Of a DNA stretch of 34,655 nt, positions 19,306 through 29,246 are shown piece by piece. The stretch spans positions 1 to 34,655 of the forward strand of contig BDTI01000150.1 of the NCBI GenBank assembly GCA_002923215.1. The letters run 5' to 3'. The notes below the pieces were generated by a model. It was not told the DNA's origin. It saw only the letters and a list, made by a program, of their open reading frames with translations, and searched no databases. The DNA comes from an archaeon BMS3Abin16 (lineage in GTDB: Archaea; Hydrothermarchaeota; Hydrothermarchaeia; Hydrothermarchaeales; SZUA-236). The stretch's first letter is position 1. Every line of letters begins with the position of its first letter. The position numbers and the translations under genes were made by a program.

Positions 19306-20157
19306 ATGAAGGCTGTGATTCCTGCTGCAGGTCTGGGGACAAGGTTTTTGCCTATTACTAAGGCGCAGCCTAAGGAGATGCTACCTGTTTACAACAAGCC
19401 CACGATCCAGTATGTGGTTGAGGAGATAATCCACTCCGGAATTGACGATATCCTGATTATTACAGGCAAGAACAAGCGGGCGATTGAAGACCATTTTGAC
19501 CGGAGTTTTGAGCTTGAGACGTCCCTTAAAAACAATGAGAAAACCGCTTTTCTCAGAGAGGTTGAGAAGATCTCCAGCGTCGATATCCATTATATCAGGC
19601 AGAAAGAGCAGCGGGGCCTCGGCGACGCTATAAACACCGCTCGAAAATATGTGGGCGACTCACCCTTTGCAGTGCTGCTTGGCGACACGATCACCACGGG
19701 AGATAGGCCTTGCACCCGGCAGATGATGGATCTCTATGAAAAGGTGAAGGCGCCGATTATCGCGGTTGAAAAGGTTCCCAGGGAGAAGACAGCGAGCTAC
19801 GGCATGATATCCTATGAGAAAAAGGATGAGGGCGTCTTTCTGATCGATGATCTTGTGGAGAAGCCGGCACCTGATGATGCGCCTTCTGAGTACGGCATTG
19901 TGGGCAGATACATCCTCACGCCTGAGATTTTTGATTGCCTTGACAGAACGGCCCCGGGTGTGGGTGGTGAGATACAGCTTACAGACGCGCTAAGGCTTTT
20001 GAATCAAGAGGGACCGATGTATGGCCTTGAGTTCACCGGCAGGCGTTATGACATTGGAAACCCGGCTGACTGGCTTAAGAGCACGATTGAGCTTGCCCTT
20101 GCAGACGCCTCGATAAATAAGGAGTTTACCCAGTTTCTGAGGGATGTGATTAAGTGA
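19306..20157 (+). CDS. galU: UTP--glucose-1-phosphate uridylyltransferase
   Basis: KAVIPAAGLGTRFLPITKAQPKEML, GLGDA, LVEKP, GEIQLTDAL. Confidence 0.95.
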   Translation: MKAVIPAAGLGTRFLPITKAQPKEMLPVYNKPTIQYVVEEIIHSGIDDILIITGKNKRAIEDHFDRSFELETSLKNNEKTAFLREVEKISSVDIHYIRQKEQRGLGDAINTARKYVGDSPFAVLLGDTITTGDRPCTRQMMDLYEKVKAPIIAVEKVPREKTASYGMISYEKKDEGVFLIDDLVEKPAPDDAPSEYGIVGRYILTPEIFDCLDRTAPGVGGEIQLTDALRLLNQEGPMYGLEFTGRRYDIGNPADWLKSTIELALADASINKEFTQFLRDVIK

Positions 20158-21164
20158 AAACGATTGAAAAAGAGGTTTTAGATGTTTCTGATTCGCTTGA
20201 AAAAGCGGGTGTCAGCTTTAATGGGCAGAGAATACTGGTTACAGGCGGCGCAGGTTTTCTAGGCTCCTGGGTATGCGAGGTACTTGTCCGGCAGGGTGCA
20301 GCGGTTACCTGTATCGACAACCTCACATCAGGGCAGCAGGAAAACATTGAACACCTGATCAGAGGTGATGGCTTCACATACATGAACCATGATATAACAG
20401 ATCCCATCTATTTTGATTCCAAGTTTGACACTGTTTTTCACATGGCGAGCAGGGCGTCACCCTTCGAGTTCGCCGAGCATCCCATCCAAATCCTCAAGGC
20501 AAATACGCTGGGAATATGGGTCGCCCTGGGAATTGCTAAGGAGCATGGGGCGCGGTTTTTCTACACCTCCACAAGCGAGGTTTACGGCAACCCGGACCCG
20601 CGTTTTGTGCCCACGCCTGAATCCTATTTTGGGAATGTGAACTCTGTTGGACCGCGGGGCTGCTACGACGAGGCGAAGCGGGCCGGTGAGGCCTTTGTTA
20701 CCGCCTATCACACTCAGCATGGGTTGGACACGCGGATGGTGCGGATTTTCAACACCTACGGCCCCAGGATGCGAAGCGACGACATATATGGCCGTGTTGT
20801 GCCGCGCTTCATCGATCAGGCCTTGAAGAATGAGCCGATCACAATCTTTGGCGATGGGAGCCAGACACGGTCCTTCACCTATATTATGGATCAGGTTGAG
20901 GGCATCCTCAGACTCGCAGGAGCTGAAGGATTGCAAAACCCGGTTGTAAACATTGGAAACAACGTGGAAAAATCTGTTCTCCAACTGGCAGAGACAATCA
21001 TCTCGCTTACAGATTCAAAGTCTAAACTGTCCTTTCATCCTCTGCCCATTGACGACCCACTGCGAAGGAGTCCTGACATATCCCGGGCTAAGGAGCTTTT
21101 AGGCTGGGAGCCGAAGATAGGCTTTGAAGAAGGTCTCAAACGATTCATTGAATATATGAGGTGA
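20154..21164 (+). CDS. UDP-glucuronate decarboxylase (UDP-xylose synthase)
   Basis: TGGAGFLGS, ASP, TSTSEVYGNP, GNVNSVGPRGCYDEAKR, RIFNTYGPRM, DDP.RR.PDI: the UXS-type SDR signature. Confidence 0.88.
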   Translation: MKTIEKEVLDVSDSLEKAGVSFNGQRILVTGGAGFLGSWVCEVLVRQGAAVTCIDNLTSGQQENIEHLIRGDGFTYMNHDITDPIYFDSKFDTVFHMASRASPFEFAEHPIQILKANTLGIWVALGIAKEHGARFFYTSTSEVYGNPDPRFVPTPESYFGNVNSVGPRGCYDEAKRAGEAFVTAYHTQHGLDTRMVRIFNTYGPRMRSDDIYGRVVPRFIDQALKNEPITIFGDGSQTRSFTYIMDQVEGILRLAGAEGLQNPVVNIGNNVEKSVLQLAETIISLTDSKSKLSFHPLPIDDPLRRSPDISRAKELLGWEPKIGFEEGLKRFIEYMR

Positions 21165-21173
21165 AATCCTTTT

Positions 21174-22367
21174 ATGGAGAAGACGACGGTCATTCGCGAC
21201 CCTGTTCACAAAGATGTCTTTTTGTCTGAGCTTGAGATGAGTCTCGTGGACACTCCTGTCTTTCAGAGGCTTAGGCGCATAAAGCAGCTCGGCGTTACAA
21301 ACCTTGTTTATCCCAGCGCGAATCACACCCGCTTTGAGCACAGCATCGGCGCGGCGCATATTGCAGGGCGCATTGCAGAGAGGCTTGAACTGGAGGGTGA
21401 CTGCGAGGTTCTCAGGGCGGCTGCGCTTCTCCACGACCTTGGACACGGCCCGCTCTCCCACACATCAGAGGAGCTTTTAGAGCGTTATCTGAATCATTCC
21501 CATGAGGACATAACCCTGAAGCTCATAAAAGAAGGCGAGATCGGAGATATGCTTTCACGAAGCACCTTCAGTGCAGATGAAGTTGTTTCAGTACTTTCGA
21601 AGAAGTCGGGTTTAAGCGGACTAATCTCCGGCGACGTGGACGTGGATAGAATGGACTATCTGGCCCGCGACGCCTATCACACAGGGGTCGCCTATGGTGT
21701 AATCGATGTGGACAGGCTTGTAAACACCCTTGATTTTGTTGACAATCAACTGGTTGTCACAACAAGGGGGCTTCGGGCCGTGGAAGGATTGCTTGTAGCC
21801 AGGTTTCTCATGACACCCACCGTCTATCTGCACCGGACCTCGCGAATAGTGGATGCCATGTTTCTGCGTGCAACGGAAAAGGCGATTGAGTCTGGCCTTC
21901 TCAAGCTTGACAGACTCTATAAGATGGATGACGTGGACGTGCACTGCCTCTACCGATGCGCTATGGGCTATGTGAAGGATATGGGCCGGCGCATCGATGA
22001 ACGAAGGCTGTTTAAAACTGCCTGGCATCAGGGTGCTGATGAGATGAGCGAAGGTCTTAACACCGCTTTTCACAGGGTTATGGCTGATGTGAAGCGGTGG
22101 AACAAAATCGAGCTTGAGCTTGCTGAGGACGCGGGTGTTGAGCCAGGCTATGTGATATTGGACATTCCCCCTAGGCCGAAGTATGAGGAGAAAAACGCCC
22201 TTGTCTTTGACGGCGAAAAAATCGAGCGCCTCGACACTGTGTCGCCCCTTGTGAAAATCCTGCAAAAGACGCAGAAAGCACAGTGGAGCGTGGGAGTCTA
22301 CACGCCCAGTGAACACTTGGAGAAGGTTGCCCCTGTCTGTGAGGGGATTGAAAGTTATCTTCTCTAA
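21174..22367 (+). CDS. HD-domain phosphohydrolase (SAMHD1/dGTPase-like)
   Basis: IRDPVH, FQRLRRIKQLG, HTRFEHSIG, LLHDLGHGPLSH, DVDRMDYL.RD. Confidence 0.92.
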   Translation: MEKTTVIRDPVHKDVFLSELEMSLVDTPVFQRLRRIKQLGVTNLVYPSANHTRFEHSIGAAHIAGRIAERLELEGDCEVLRAAALLHDLGHGPLSHTSEELLERYLNHSHEDITLKLIKEGEIGDMLSRSTFSADEVVSVLSKKSGLSGLISGDVDVDRMDYLARDAYHTGVAYGVIDVDRLVNTLDFVDNQLVVTTRGLRAVEGLLVARFLMTPTVYLHRTSRIVDAMFLRATEKAIESGLLKLDRLYKMDDVDVHCLYRCAMGYVKDMGRRIDERRLFKTAWHQGADEMSEGLNTAFHRVMADVKRWNKIELELAEDAGVEPGYVILDIPPRPKYEEKNALVFDGEKIERLDTVSPLVKILQKTQKAQWSVGVYTPSEHLEKVAPVCEGIESYLL

Positions 22368-22392
22368 TATGGCCAAATTGAAGAGGGGAAAT

Positions 22393-22429
22393 AAAAAAAA
22401 GAGGAGGGAGGGGAAGTAGTGTTCCCTCC
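22393..22429 (-). terminator. Putative terminator downstream of the carbonic anhydrase gene
   Basis: Minus strand GGAGGGAAC-ACTAC-TTCCCCTCC imperfect hairpin then pyrimidine tract ending in T8, between convergent genes. Confidence 0.5.
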
Positions 22430-22459
22430 AGTATCGTGTAAAACCTTTTTTCTGCAGGT

Positions 22460-23310
22460 CTATTTCTTCTTGAGATACACTACAAGTCCTGCCGCAACTA
22501 AGAGAATTACCACAATTGCCGCAATACCTGTGGAACCGCCAGACTGTCCTTCAGCAGCCCCTATCTCTCTTTGTGTTGGACGGAAGTTATCACCCATAAT
22601 ATGCGCAAAAGAGGCGATCTGATCCTTTGACATTCCGATAAGCTCTTTTGCAACATGCCATTTCACACCTTCAGAACAGGGTGGTGTTGTAAGAGATCCC
22701 ATGAATCGATAGACACTCTTGTCTGAGGGAAGCAGTGTTTCAGGGTTGAATGCTTCATCAAGCACGTTTTCCTCTCCTGCAGCTGTTGGGAGCAGGTTTA
22801 CAATAGGCTTAATTGCTGTGTTCGAAGAGCCTTCTTCCACCATTACACTGATTACTGCAAGCCCGCCGGCACTGCTTTTGTGCACGAAATGGATCTCCAT
22901 TGGATAGTGTTTGCCTGCAATTGTGTTTTCGCTTACAGTGTGGAAGTGAAACTGTAAAAGATCATATTCCTCGCCGTCAACTGTTAAGGTGCTTCCAGGC
23001 TCAAGGCTTACTTGTAGTGTGTGCCCGTTGTTGAGCACTTTTCCGCCTGTTGCCTTGTAGTTGAGATTTAGATCTGAGAGGCTTGACGCATCAAATCCTG
23101 CGATGTTAACTGGTGACTGCTCGGTTCCCCTGATCCGCAGAGCGCGTAGTCTGGTGACAGTGTATGCCAGTTCGTCGGACCATCTTCTCCCTCATAGCCC
23201 CAGTGCGCGCCTCCAGACGAGGCCCATACTGTTCCAACCACCAATAGCCCGATGAAAAGGCCGACCAATATCGTTTTGTTTTTTAGAATTTTTCCACTCT
23301 TTTTTTCCAA
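22460..23310 (-). pseudogene. Alpha-class carbonic anhydrase with signal peptide and C-terminal TM anchor, frameshifted
   Basis: HWGYEG..GP..W, C...(frameshift)...QSPVNI, NNGHT, QFHFH..SE....MEIHFVH, GSLTTPPCSEGVKW, NFRPTQ. Frame break at the G4 run (23127-23130). TTG start at 23310 after GGAGG. Confidence 0.9.
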
Positions 23311-23600
23311 GAATATTCCTCCATTGATTTTTTCCACCTTAATTGGAATTTTTTGATACCACCTCATGACATTTAAATATTTTGATACGAGGGTTATTAA
23401 CCCATAAAGAAAAACCAAACTAGACCCTTTCACCCAGCTTCACATCGAACTGACCCAATTCACCCATAATCCACATCAAACAGGCATGATATACACATTG
23501 CTCATAGATACAAGCCCACAAACATGCATAACATCATGACCTCTGTGGCCGCGGTCTAGATTTGCCCAAGCCCCACCCACATCCTTCAAAGCAGGATTTT

Positions 23601-24860
23601 TCACCCCACAACCATGACATCAGGAAGTTCGATGCTTGGCGAGCGAATCGATGAATACTGTTTCACATCAGTTCCAAATCTCACGCCTGACTTCAGGAGT
23701 TCAAAAACATTTCCAGAGACAATCGCTTTTTTCACAGGTTTTCCGTTGAGAAAGGCGTTACGGGTTTCACAGGAAAAATCACCTGAAATAGGGTTAGCCG
23801 TGTGCGCGCCCACAAGCCCGTGCACAATAAGCGCGCCCTTTTCATCTTCAATCTTATTGCTGCCTGATACAATGAAATTCGAAGCGCTCACACCGGGAAG
23901 CCCGGCATAGGACGCCCTCCCAGCGTTTCCAGTGCTCACAGTTCCACCTTTATTCGCCGTATACGTATCATATAAAAATCCTTTGAGAACACCTTTTGTT
24001 ACAAGCCGGGTTTTCTCTGCAGAAACGCCTTCATCGTCAAAAGGCTCAGTCATAAGCCCGCCGGAAAGCGTTGCATCATCAACTATATCCAGCTTTGAAA
24101 AAATCTCTTCACCCACCTGATCGCCGAGCATTGATCTGCCCCTCTGCACGCTGTCAGCGCTAAAAGACGGGGCAAGTGTGTTTTCAAAGAGATCAGACAC
24201 TGCCATGGGCCTGAGAACGACGCGCGTGCGCCCAGTGTCAACTGGACCGGGATTAAGCGAGTCGCTTGCCAACCTGCATGCAGCATCCCCCACCTCATAG
24301 GCGTCAATGTCTTTTTCCCGTGACACCTCATAGTGAAATCCAGTAGACTGCTCCACACCAGTTGCAACTGTTCCAAGATAGGCTGCAAGTGTGAACTCCG
24401 ACTTCTCAGCCCACAACCCATGTGTGTTTGCAACAGTGATTTTTGACGTGCTCCATGAAACAGTTCCAGTCGTAGCATGAAGCTCTTTGTAATCCCCTGC
24501 TGGAGAGACGAGCTGCCTTGCCATCTCAATCCCTTCGTCAACAGTCATCACGATTTCAGACATGGTATTTTCCTCGGCCTTCACCTTCATCTGCTGCGCT
24601 AAACCTTGGAACTCATCCTTTTGCGACGCACCGGCAATCTTAACCGCTTTTTCAGCAGCCGTCAAATCAAGTTTGTTAGTGAAATAAAAACCCATCTTCG
24701 AGCCGATTATCACGCGAACCCCGTAGCCGGTTGTACTCTTCTCCTTGAAAGACTCGATTTCAGAGCGCGTCGTCTTTATGGTCGTGCTTTTTGATTTAAC
24801 TGAAAATATCTCAGCCTCATCAGCCGCCTCACTGAGCCGCTTTAAAACTGCTTCAATCAT
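23601..24860 (-). CDS. pmbA: PmbA/TldE family protein
   Basis: PFDDEG, KGVLKGFLYDTYTA, STGNA, HTANPISGDFS, SGNVFELL; lacks HExxxH; coupled to tldD. Confidence 0.9.
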   Translation of the reverse strand: MIEAVLKRLSEAADEAEIFSVKSKSTTIKTTRSEIESFKEKSTTGYGVRVIIGSKMGFYFTNKLDLTAAEKAVKIAGASQKDEFQGLAQQMKVKAEENTMSEIVMTVDEGIEMARQLVSPAGDYKELHATTGTVSWSTSKITVANTHGLWAEKSEFTLAAYLGTVATGVEQSTGFHYEVSREKDIDAYEVGDAACRLASDSLNPGPVDTGRTRVVLRPMAVSDLFENTLAPSFSADSVQRGRSMLGDQVGEEIFSKLDIVDDATLSGGLMTEPFDDEGVSAEKTRLVTKGVLKGFLYDTYTANKGGTVSTGNAGRASYAGLPGVSASNFIVSGSNKIEDEKGALIVHGLVGAHTANPISGDFSCETRNAFLNGKPVKKAIVSGNVFELLKSGVRFGTDVKQYSSIRSPSIELPDVMVVG

Positions 24861-26203
24861 CCTGCGCCCCCCACTGCGGCGGTTGTTCGGATATGGGCGC
24901 CGCCATCACCCACAGGCACGCTCTGACCTTCTTTACCGCAGAACCCGATGTGAGAATCAAAGTCACGGCCCACACCGTCAACCTCCCGAAGAATCTTGAG
25001 TATCTCGCCTGAAAGCGCTACATCCTTTACAGCCGATGTGATCTCGCCTTTTTCAATGAGAAATCCTTCCTCTGCGCTGAACTGAAAAACACCCTTCGCC
25101 GGGTCCACCTCCCCGCCCTTAGAACCAAGAAGATAAACACCATAGTCAATGCCTTCAAAAAGCTCATCCAGCTCCTGCCCCCTGGGCTCAAGAAATGTGT
25201 TACTCATCCGCACAATCGGCAGATAGTCAAAACCCTGGGCACGGGCGTTACCCGTGTTATCCCTCCCAAGTGTAGATGAAGTCTCACGTGAATGCAAAAA
25301 CCCTTTGAGAACACCGTCTTCAACAAGCATCGTCTTCCGTGCCCTCGTGCCCTCATCATCATAAAAGTAGAATCCAAAGCTGCCAGGGATCGTGGGATCA
25401 TCATAAATCGTCACCTGCTCTGATGCTATTGTCTCGCCAAGCCGGCCTTCAAGTATGGATTCACCCTGAATTATGTGGTCTGCCTCAACAGCGTGACCAA
25501 GCGCCTCATGTATAAAAACACCTGTGAGAAGCGGGTCGAGAACAACCTTGAATCTGCCGCTTGGAGCCTGTCTCGCGTCAAGGAGTCGAAGCGCCTTGTC
25601 AGCAGCACCCACGCCAAATGCCTCAGGATCTTTCAAATATTCGAAGCCCGCCGTTGCGCCCGCCCTCTCAGATCCGAACTGCAGGGCGCCGTTTTTCTTT
25701 GCAAAAACACCACCGAAAAATGCGACCTTCGTAGTCTCAGACTCGATTCGCGCACCCTCGGAACTGGCATAAAAACCTTTGATCTTGCTATCAAAATATG
25801 TAAATGACGAGCTCACCACGTGCTCACGGTCTTTAACCACATTATAAGCCCGCTGCCCAAACTCGATCTTCTCCTCAAGCGAAACATCAAGGGGTTCAAT
25901 TTTTACAGGTGTTTTCACCCTGTCCACCGGCCCCTCCACAGGTGTGAATGCAATCTCTTTTTTTCCTGCCTGAGCCGCTCGATGCGCCCGACCGACGGCA
26001 TCTAAAAGCTCACCAGGATTGTTTGCCGACGCAAAACCCCAAATCCTATCGAGAACCCGCACGCCAAAACCCGCCGTTGCGCCAAGGCTGATATCCTTTG
26101 CAACACCGTCCTTAGTCACAATACTTGTGCTCTCCCGCTCCTGAAAAGTAATATCAACAAATCGAGCGGAAATCTCAAGCGCCTTATCAAGTCCGTCGAG
26201 CAT
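24857..26203 (-). CDS. tldD: TldD family metalloprotease
   Basis: HEALGHAVEAD, YDDEG, GNAR...RMSNT, GFCGKEGQSVPVGDGG. Confidence 0.94.
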   Translation of the reverse strand: MLDGLDKALEISARFVDITFQERESTSIVTKDGVAKDISLGATAGFGVRVLDRIWGFASANNPGELLDAVGRAHRAAQAGKKEIAFTPVEGPVDRVKTPVKIEPLDVSLEEKIEFGQRAYNVVKDREHVVSSSFTYFDSKIKGFYASSEGARIESETTKVAFFGGVFAKKNGALQFGSERAGATAGFEYLKDPEAFGVGAADKALRLLDARQAPSGRFKVVLDPLLTGVFIHEALGHAVEADHIIQGESILEGRLGETIASEQVTIYDDPTIPGSFGFYFYDDEGTRARKTMLVEDGVLKGFLHSRETSSTLGRDNTGNARAQGFDYLPIVRMSNTFLEPRGQELDELFEGIDYGVYLLGSKGGEVDPAKGVFQFSAEEGFLIEKGEITSAVKDVALSGEILKILREVDGVGRDFDSHIGFCGKEGQSVPVGDGGAHIRTTAAVGGAG

Positions 26204-26221
26204 TGCCTAGCCTCAACCAGC

Positions 26222-28135
26222 TTAAAGAACGTGTTTTTTAACGCCAACCTTTGGAAGGTTCTTTGGCTTTGGAATAAAGGTTTTAATCCGCTCCAAAAGC
26301 CCTTCTCTGTCTGCTCCGCTCGTAAGCGCATGCTCAAGAACCTCGGAGAGATTCTTCACAGCCACGATCTCAACCTTTGCCTTTGCCCTGCGCTCAATAA
26401 GTACATCCTTTGCATTCCCCGCAGGAATGATCACCGTCTTAATCCCTGCCGTAATCGCCGCCTCAACCTTGGCAGTTATACCGCCAACAGGCAGCACATC
26501 ACCGCGAACACTAAGCGAGCCTGTCATAGCAACGGTCTGCTTGATAGGAATGTTTTCAAGCGCCGAGATCACAGCGGTCGCAACAGAAATCGATGCGCTG
26601 TCCCCCTCCACGCCTTCATAGGTCTGAAGGAACTGAATATGAATATCATAGGCTGAAATATCCCGCTGAGTATGTTTTTTAATCAGAGCTGAAACATTCT
26701 GAATCGCCTCCCTTGCAATAGTTCGAAGCTTTCCAGTGGCTATTATCTTGCCTTCTTCACGGCTTTGAGCTGGTGCAACTTCAGCAACAATTGGAAGCAT
26801 CACACCGGAATCACCCATAACTGCAAGACCGTTCACACGGCCAACTTCATCACCCTTGGTGAGATAAACATCATATTCCTTTTTCACGCTGATATATCGA
26901 TCGGCAACCTGCTGCTCAAGAGACCGTGAAATCATCTTCGCCGCACGCACATGCTTTGCAGTAACAACCTCAGCATCCTCATTAACAGCAACATCACCTG
27001 CAGCCCGGATAAGACCGCCAAGCCCCCGGAGCATAAGCGTGATCTTACCCCTCCGGCCGCTCATCTTCTTGGCCATGCTGATAATCTCAACCACCGCGTC
27101 ACGCCGGAATTGCGGGATTTTACCGTCTTTTTTAACTTCTTGGGCAACGACACGCACAATCTTGTTGCGGTTATCAAGAGTGTCATCCATAACATCCTTC
27201 ATGTAAATTTCATAGCCATATCCACGGATTCGGGATCTGAGCGCTGGATGCATGTCTTTTATCGCGCCAAGATTTCCGGCGGCGACGAGCACGAACTCGC
27301 AGGGCACAGGCTGAGTTCGAACCATGGCGCCTGAGCTTCTCTCACTCTGGCCGGTAATCGAGTATTTCCTCTCCTGAAGCGCGGTGAGCAGACTCTGCTG
27401 AGAAGGAAGATCAAGTGTGCGTATCTCATCGATGAAGAGCACGCCTTTATTCGCCCGATGGATTGCGCCGGCCTCCACCAGTTCGTGAGACGCGGTTTCA
27501 AGCCCTCCTGACTGGAACGGATCATGGCGGACATCGCCGAGAAGCGCGCCTGCATGTGACCCTGTGGCATCTATAAATGGGACGGTAGTTTCCTTAGTGT
27601 TATTCACAAGCACCTTCGGAACCATAACCTCGTCTTTAACCTTCACATACTGACGGAGCATAAAGAGAAATGTGGTTGCAATGATGCCTCCGAAGAGGAT
27701 GAGGGGCTGCTGTAAAATGAGGGCGTAATAGATCACCATCACAAGTATGAGTAGAAGCGACATTTTGAAAAAAAAGTTGATCGGGGCTTCGGCCTTTCGC
27801 TTCTGCTCCTTATACTTATTAATTATCTTCTCACTCTCGCCTGCCTTCACACTCTCGATGCGCGGTGTGTTCTTATCATCAGGATTTGGATAAACCAATA
27901 TGTCCTCCAGCTCCTCAACAGGCAGAAGCTCACTCATACCCTGGCCGAGCATACTCTTACCTGTTCCAGGATCACCGATAAGCAGGATATGGCGTTTCTG
28001 CTTCGCCGCCTTCTTCATGATCTCAACAGCTGTTTCCTGGCCGATTACCTGGTCGATAAGCTTTTCAGGAACTTCAATGTCTTCTGTAGTCTCAAAATCC
28101 ATTAGCTTCAATTTATCTAGCCCCTTAACGTACAT
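26222..28135 (-). CDS. lonB: Archaeal membrane-anchored ATP-dependent protease LonB
   Basis: GDPGTGKS, two TM segments inserted in the AAA domain, LFIDE, VEGDSAS (catalytic Ser), PVGGITAK (Lys). Confidence 0.97.
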   Translation of the reverse strand: MYVKGLDKLKLMDFETTEDIEVPEKLIDQVIGQETAVEIMKKAAKQKRHILLIGDPGTGKSMLGQGMSELLPVEELEDILVYPNPDDKNTPRIESVKAGESEKIINKYKEQKRKAEAPINFFFKMSLLLILVMVIYYALILQQPLILFGGIIATTFLFMLRQYVKVKDEVMVPKVLVNNTKETTVPFIDATGSHAGALLGDVRHDPFQSGGLETASHELVEAGAIHRANKGVLFIDEIRTLDLPSQQSLLTALQERKYSITGQSERSSGAMVRTQPVPCEFVLVAAGNLGAIKDMHPALRSRIRGYGYEIYMKDVMDDTLDNRNKIVRVVAQEVKKDGKIPQFRRDAVVEIISMAKKMSGRRGKITLMLRGLGGLIRAAGDVAVNEDAEVVTAKHVRAAKMISRSLEQQVADRYISVKKEYDVYLTKGDEVGRVNGLAVMGDSGVMLPIVAEVAPAQSREEGKIIATGKLRTIAREAIQNVSALIKKHTQRDISAYDIHIQFLQTYEGVEGDSASISVATAVISALENIPIKQTVAMTGSLSVRGDVLPVGGITAKVEAAITAGIKTVIIPAGNAKDVLIERRAKAKVEIVAVKNLSEVLEHALTSGADREGLLERIKTFIPKPKNLPKVGVKKHVL

Positions 28136-28289
28136 GAGAGGATAAGTCTAACGTAGTCAACTTTATGGAAATCACACTTATATAGCTTGTTATAGGTGTT
28201 TTCGAAACTTGGGCAGAGGGTTTGCGCAGGGGGTAGGAGGGGTGTTTCTTGTAAAGTTTTAAGTACTTCCATTTTCAGATAAAGAGCTT

Positions 28290-29153
28290 ATGATAGTTAT
28301 AGGTGGTGGCTCGTCACAAATGCTTGCGCGGGAGGTTGCTGGGGCGCTTGGCTGTGAGCTGGGCAGTGCTGTGATAAAGCGGTTTCCGGACGGCGAGAAA
28401 TATGTGAAGGTTGAGAGTAAGGTTGAAGGTGAGGATGTAGTTGTTGTTCAGTCTACATCGCGGCCGCAGGATGAAAATCTGATTGAGCTTTTTCTCATGC
28501 TTGACGCCCTGTCCGATCAGTGGGCGGATGTGACCGCTGTACTACCTTATTATGGCTATGGCAGACAAGACAAATCCTTTGCGGTGGGCGAGGCTGTTGC
28601 TGCTCGAACAATCGCTAAACACATTGAAGTCTCCGCCCGCAGATTCATCACAATCAACCCTCATAAAGAATATATCCTCGATTATTTCAAGATCCCCTCG
28701 GTCTCGGTTGATGCTTCAAGTTTGATCGGTGAATACTTCAAAAAGCGGGATTTGAACCAGCTTGTTGTGGTCGCGCCGGACGCAGGGTCGCGTGATATGG
28801 CCCAGCGTGTTGCCGACTCTCTGGGATGTGAGTGCGCGAACTGTGAGAAAAAACGCCTTGGACCAGGCAAGGTCATTACATCAGCAGATAACATCAGCCT
28901 CAGTGGAAACGACGTCTTGATAGTTGACGACATCATCGACTCAGGCGGAACCATCGTTGAATCGGCAAAGGCTCTTCGAAACCGTGGAGCCGGAAACATC
29001 TACGTTGCATGCGTGCATCCTGTGTTCACAGGGGCGGCGAGCGAGCGCATCAGCAAGATTGCAGACGAACTCGTGGCAACAAACACGATCCAGACAGAGT
29101 ACAGCAAAATCTCAGTGGCCGGGCTGATTGCGGATGCGATTAGAAAAAGATGA
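28290..29153 (+). CDS. prs: Ribose-phosphate pyrophosphokinase
   Basis: FPDGE, PYYGYGRQDK, APDAG, IVDDIIDSGGT, CVHPV. Confidence 0.96.
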   Translation: MIVIGGGSSQMLAREVAGALGCELGSAVIKRFPDGEKYVKVESKVEGEDVVVVQSTSRPQDENLIELFLMLDALSDQWADVTAVLPYYGYGRQDKSFAVGEAVAARTIAKHIEVSARRFITINPHKEYILDYFKIPSVSVDASSLIGEYFKKRDLNQLVVVAPDAGSRDMAQRVADSLGCECANCEKKRLGPGKVITSADNISLSGNDVLIVDDIIDSGGTIVESAKALRNRGAGNIYVACVHPVFTGAASERISKIADELVATNTIQTEYSKISVAGLIADAIRKR

Positions 29154-29217
29154 TCTGCCAGATATTATACGGCGGCGATATAAATAAGTCCTAGGGATGG
29201 GAGAAGCAAGGGAGTTA
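29150..29217 (+). repeat. Degenerate junction element A (homologous to 32334-32399)
   Basis: 29168 TACGGCGGCGA--TATAAATAAGTCCTAGGGATGGGAGAAGCAAGGGAGTTA aligns with 32352 TACGGAGGCGAGAGATAAATAAGATATAGG--TGGGAGA-GAAA-GGAGTTA; mini-ORF MICQILYGGDINKS overlaps the prs stop (ATGA). Confidence 0.7.
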
Positions 29218-29246
29218 AAAAGTGGAAAAATATTGGAGGTTTTTAG

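Noticed and set aside
23423..23481. Imperfect ~29-bp tandem duplication upstream of the carbonic anhydrase
   Set aside because: Two poorly matching copies with no supportable ORF or structure.
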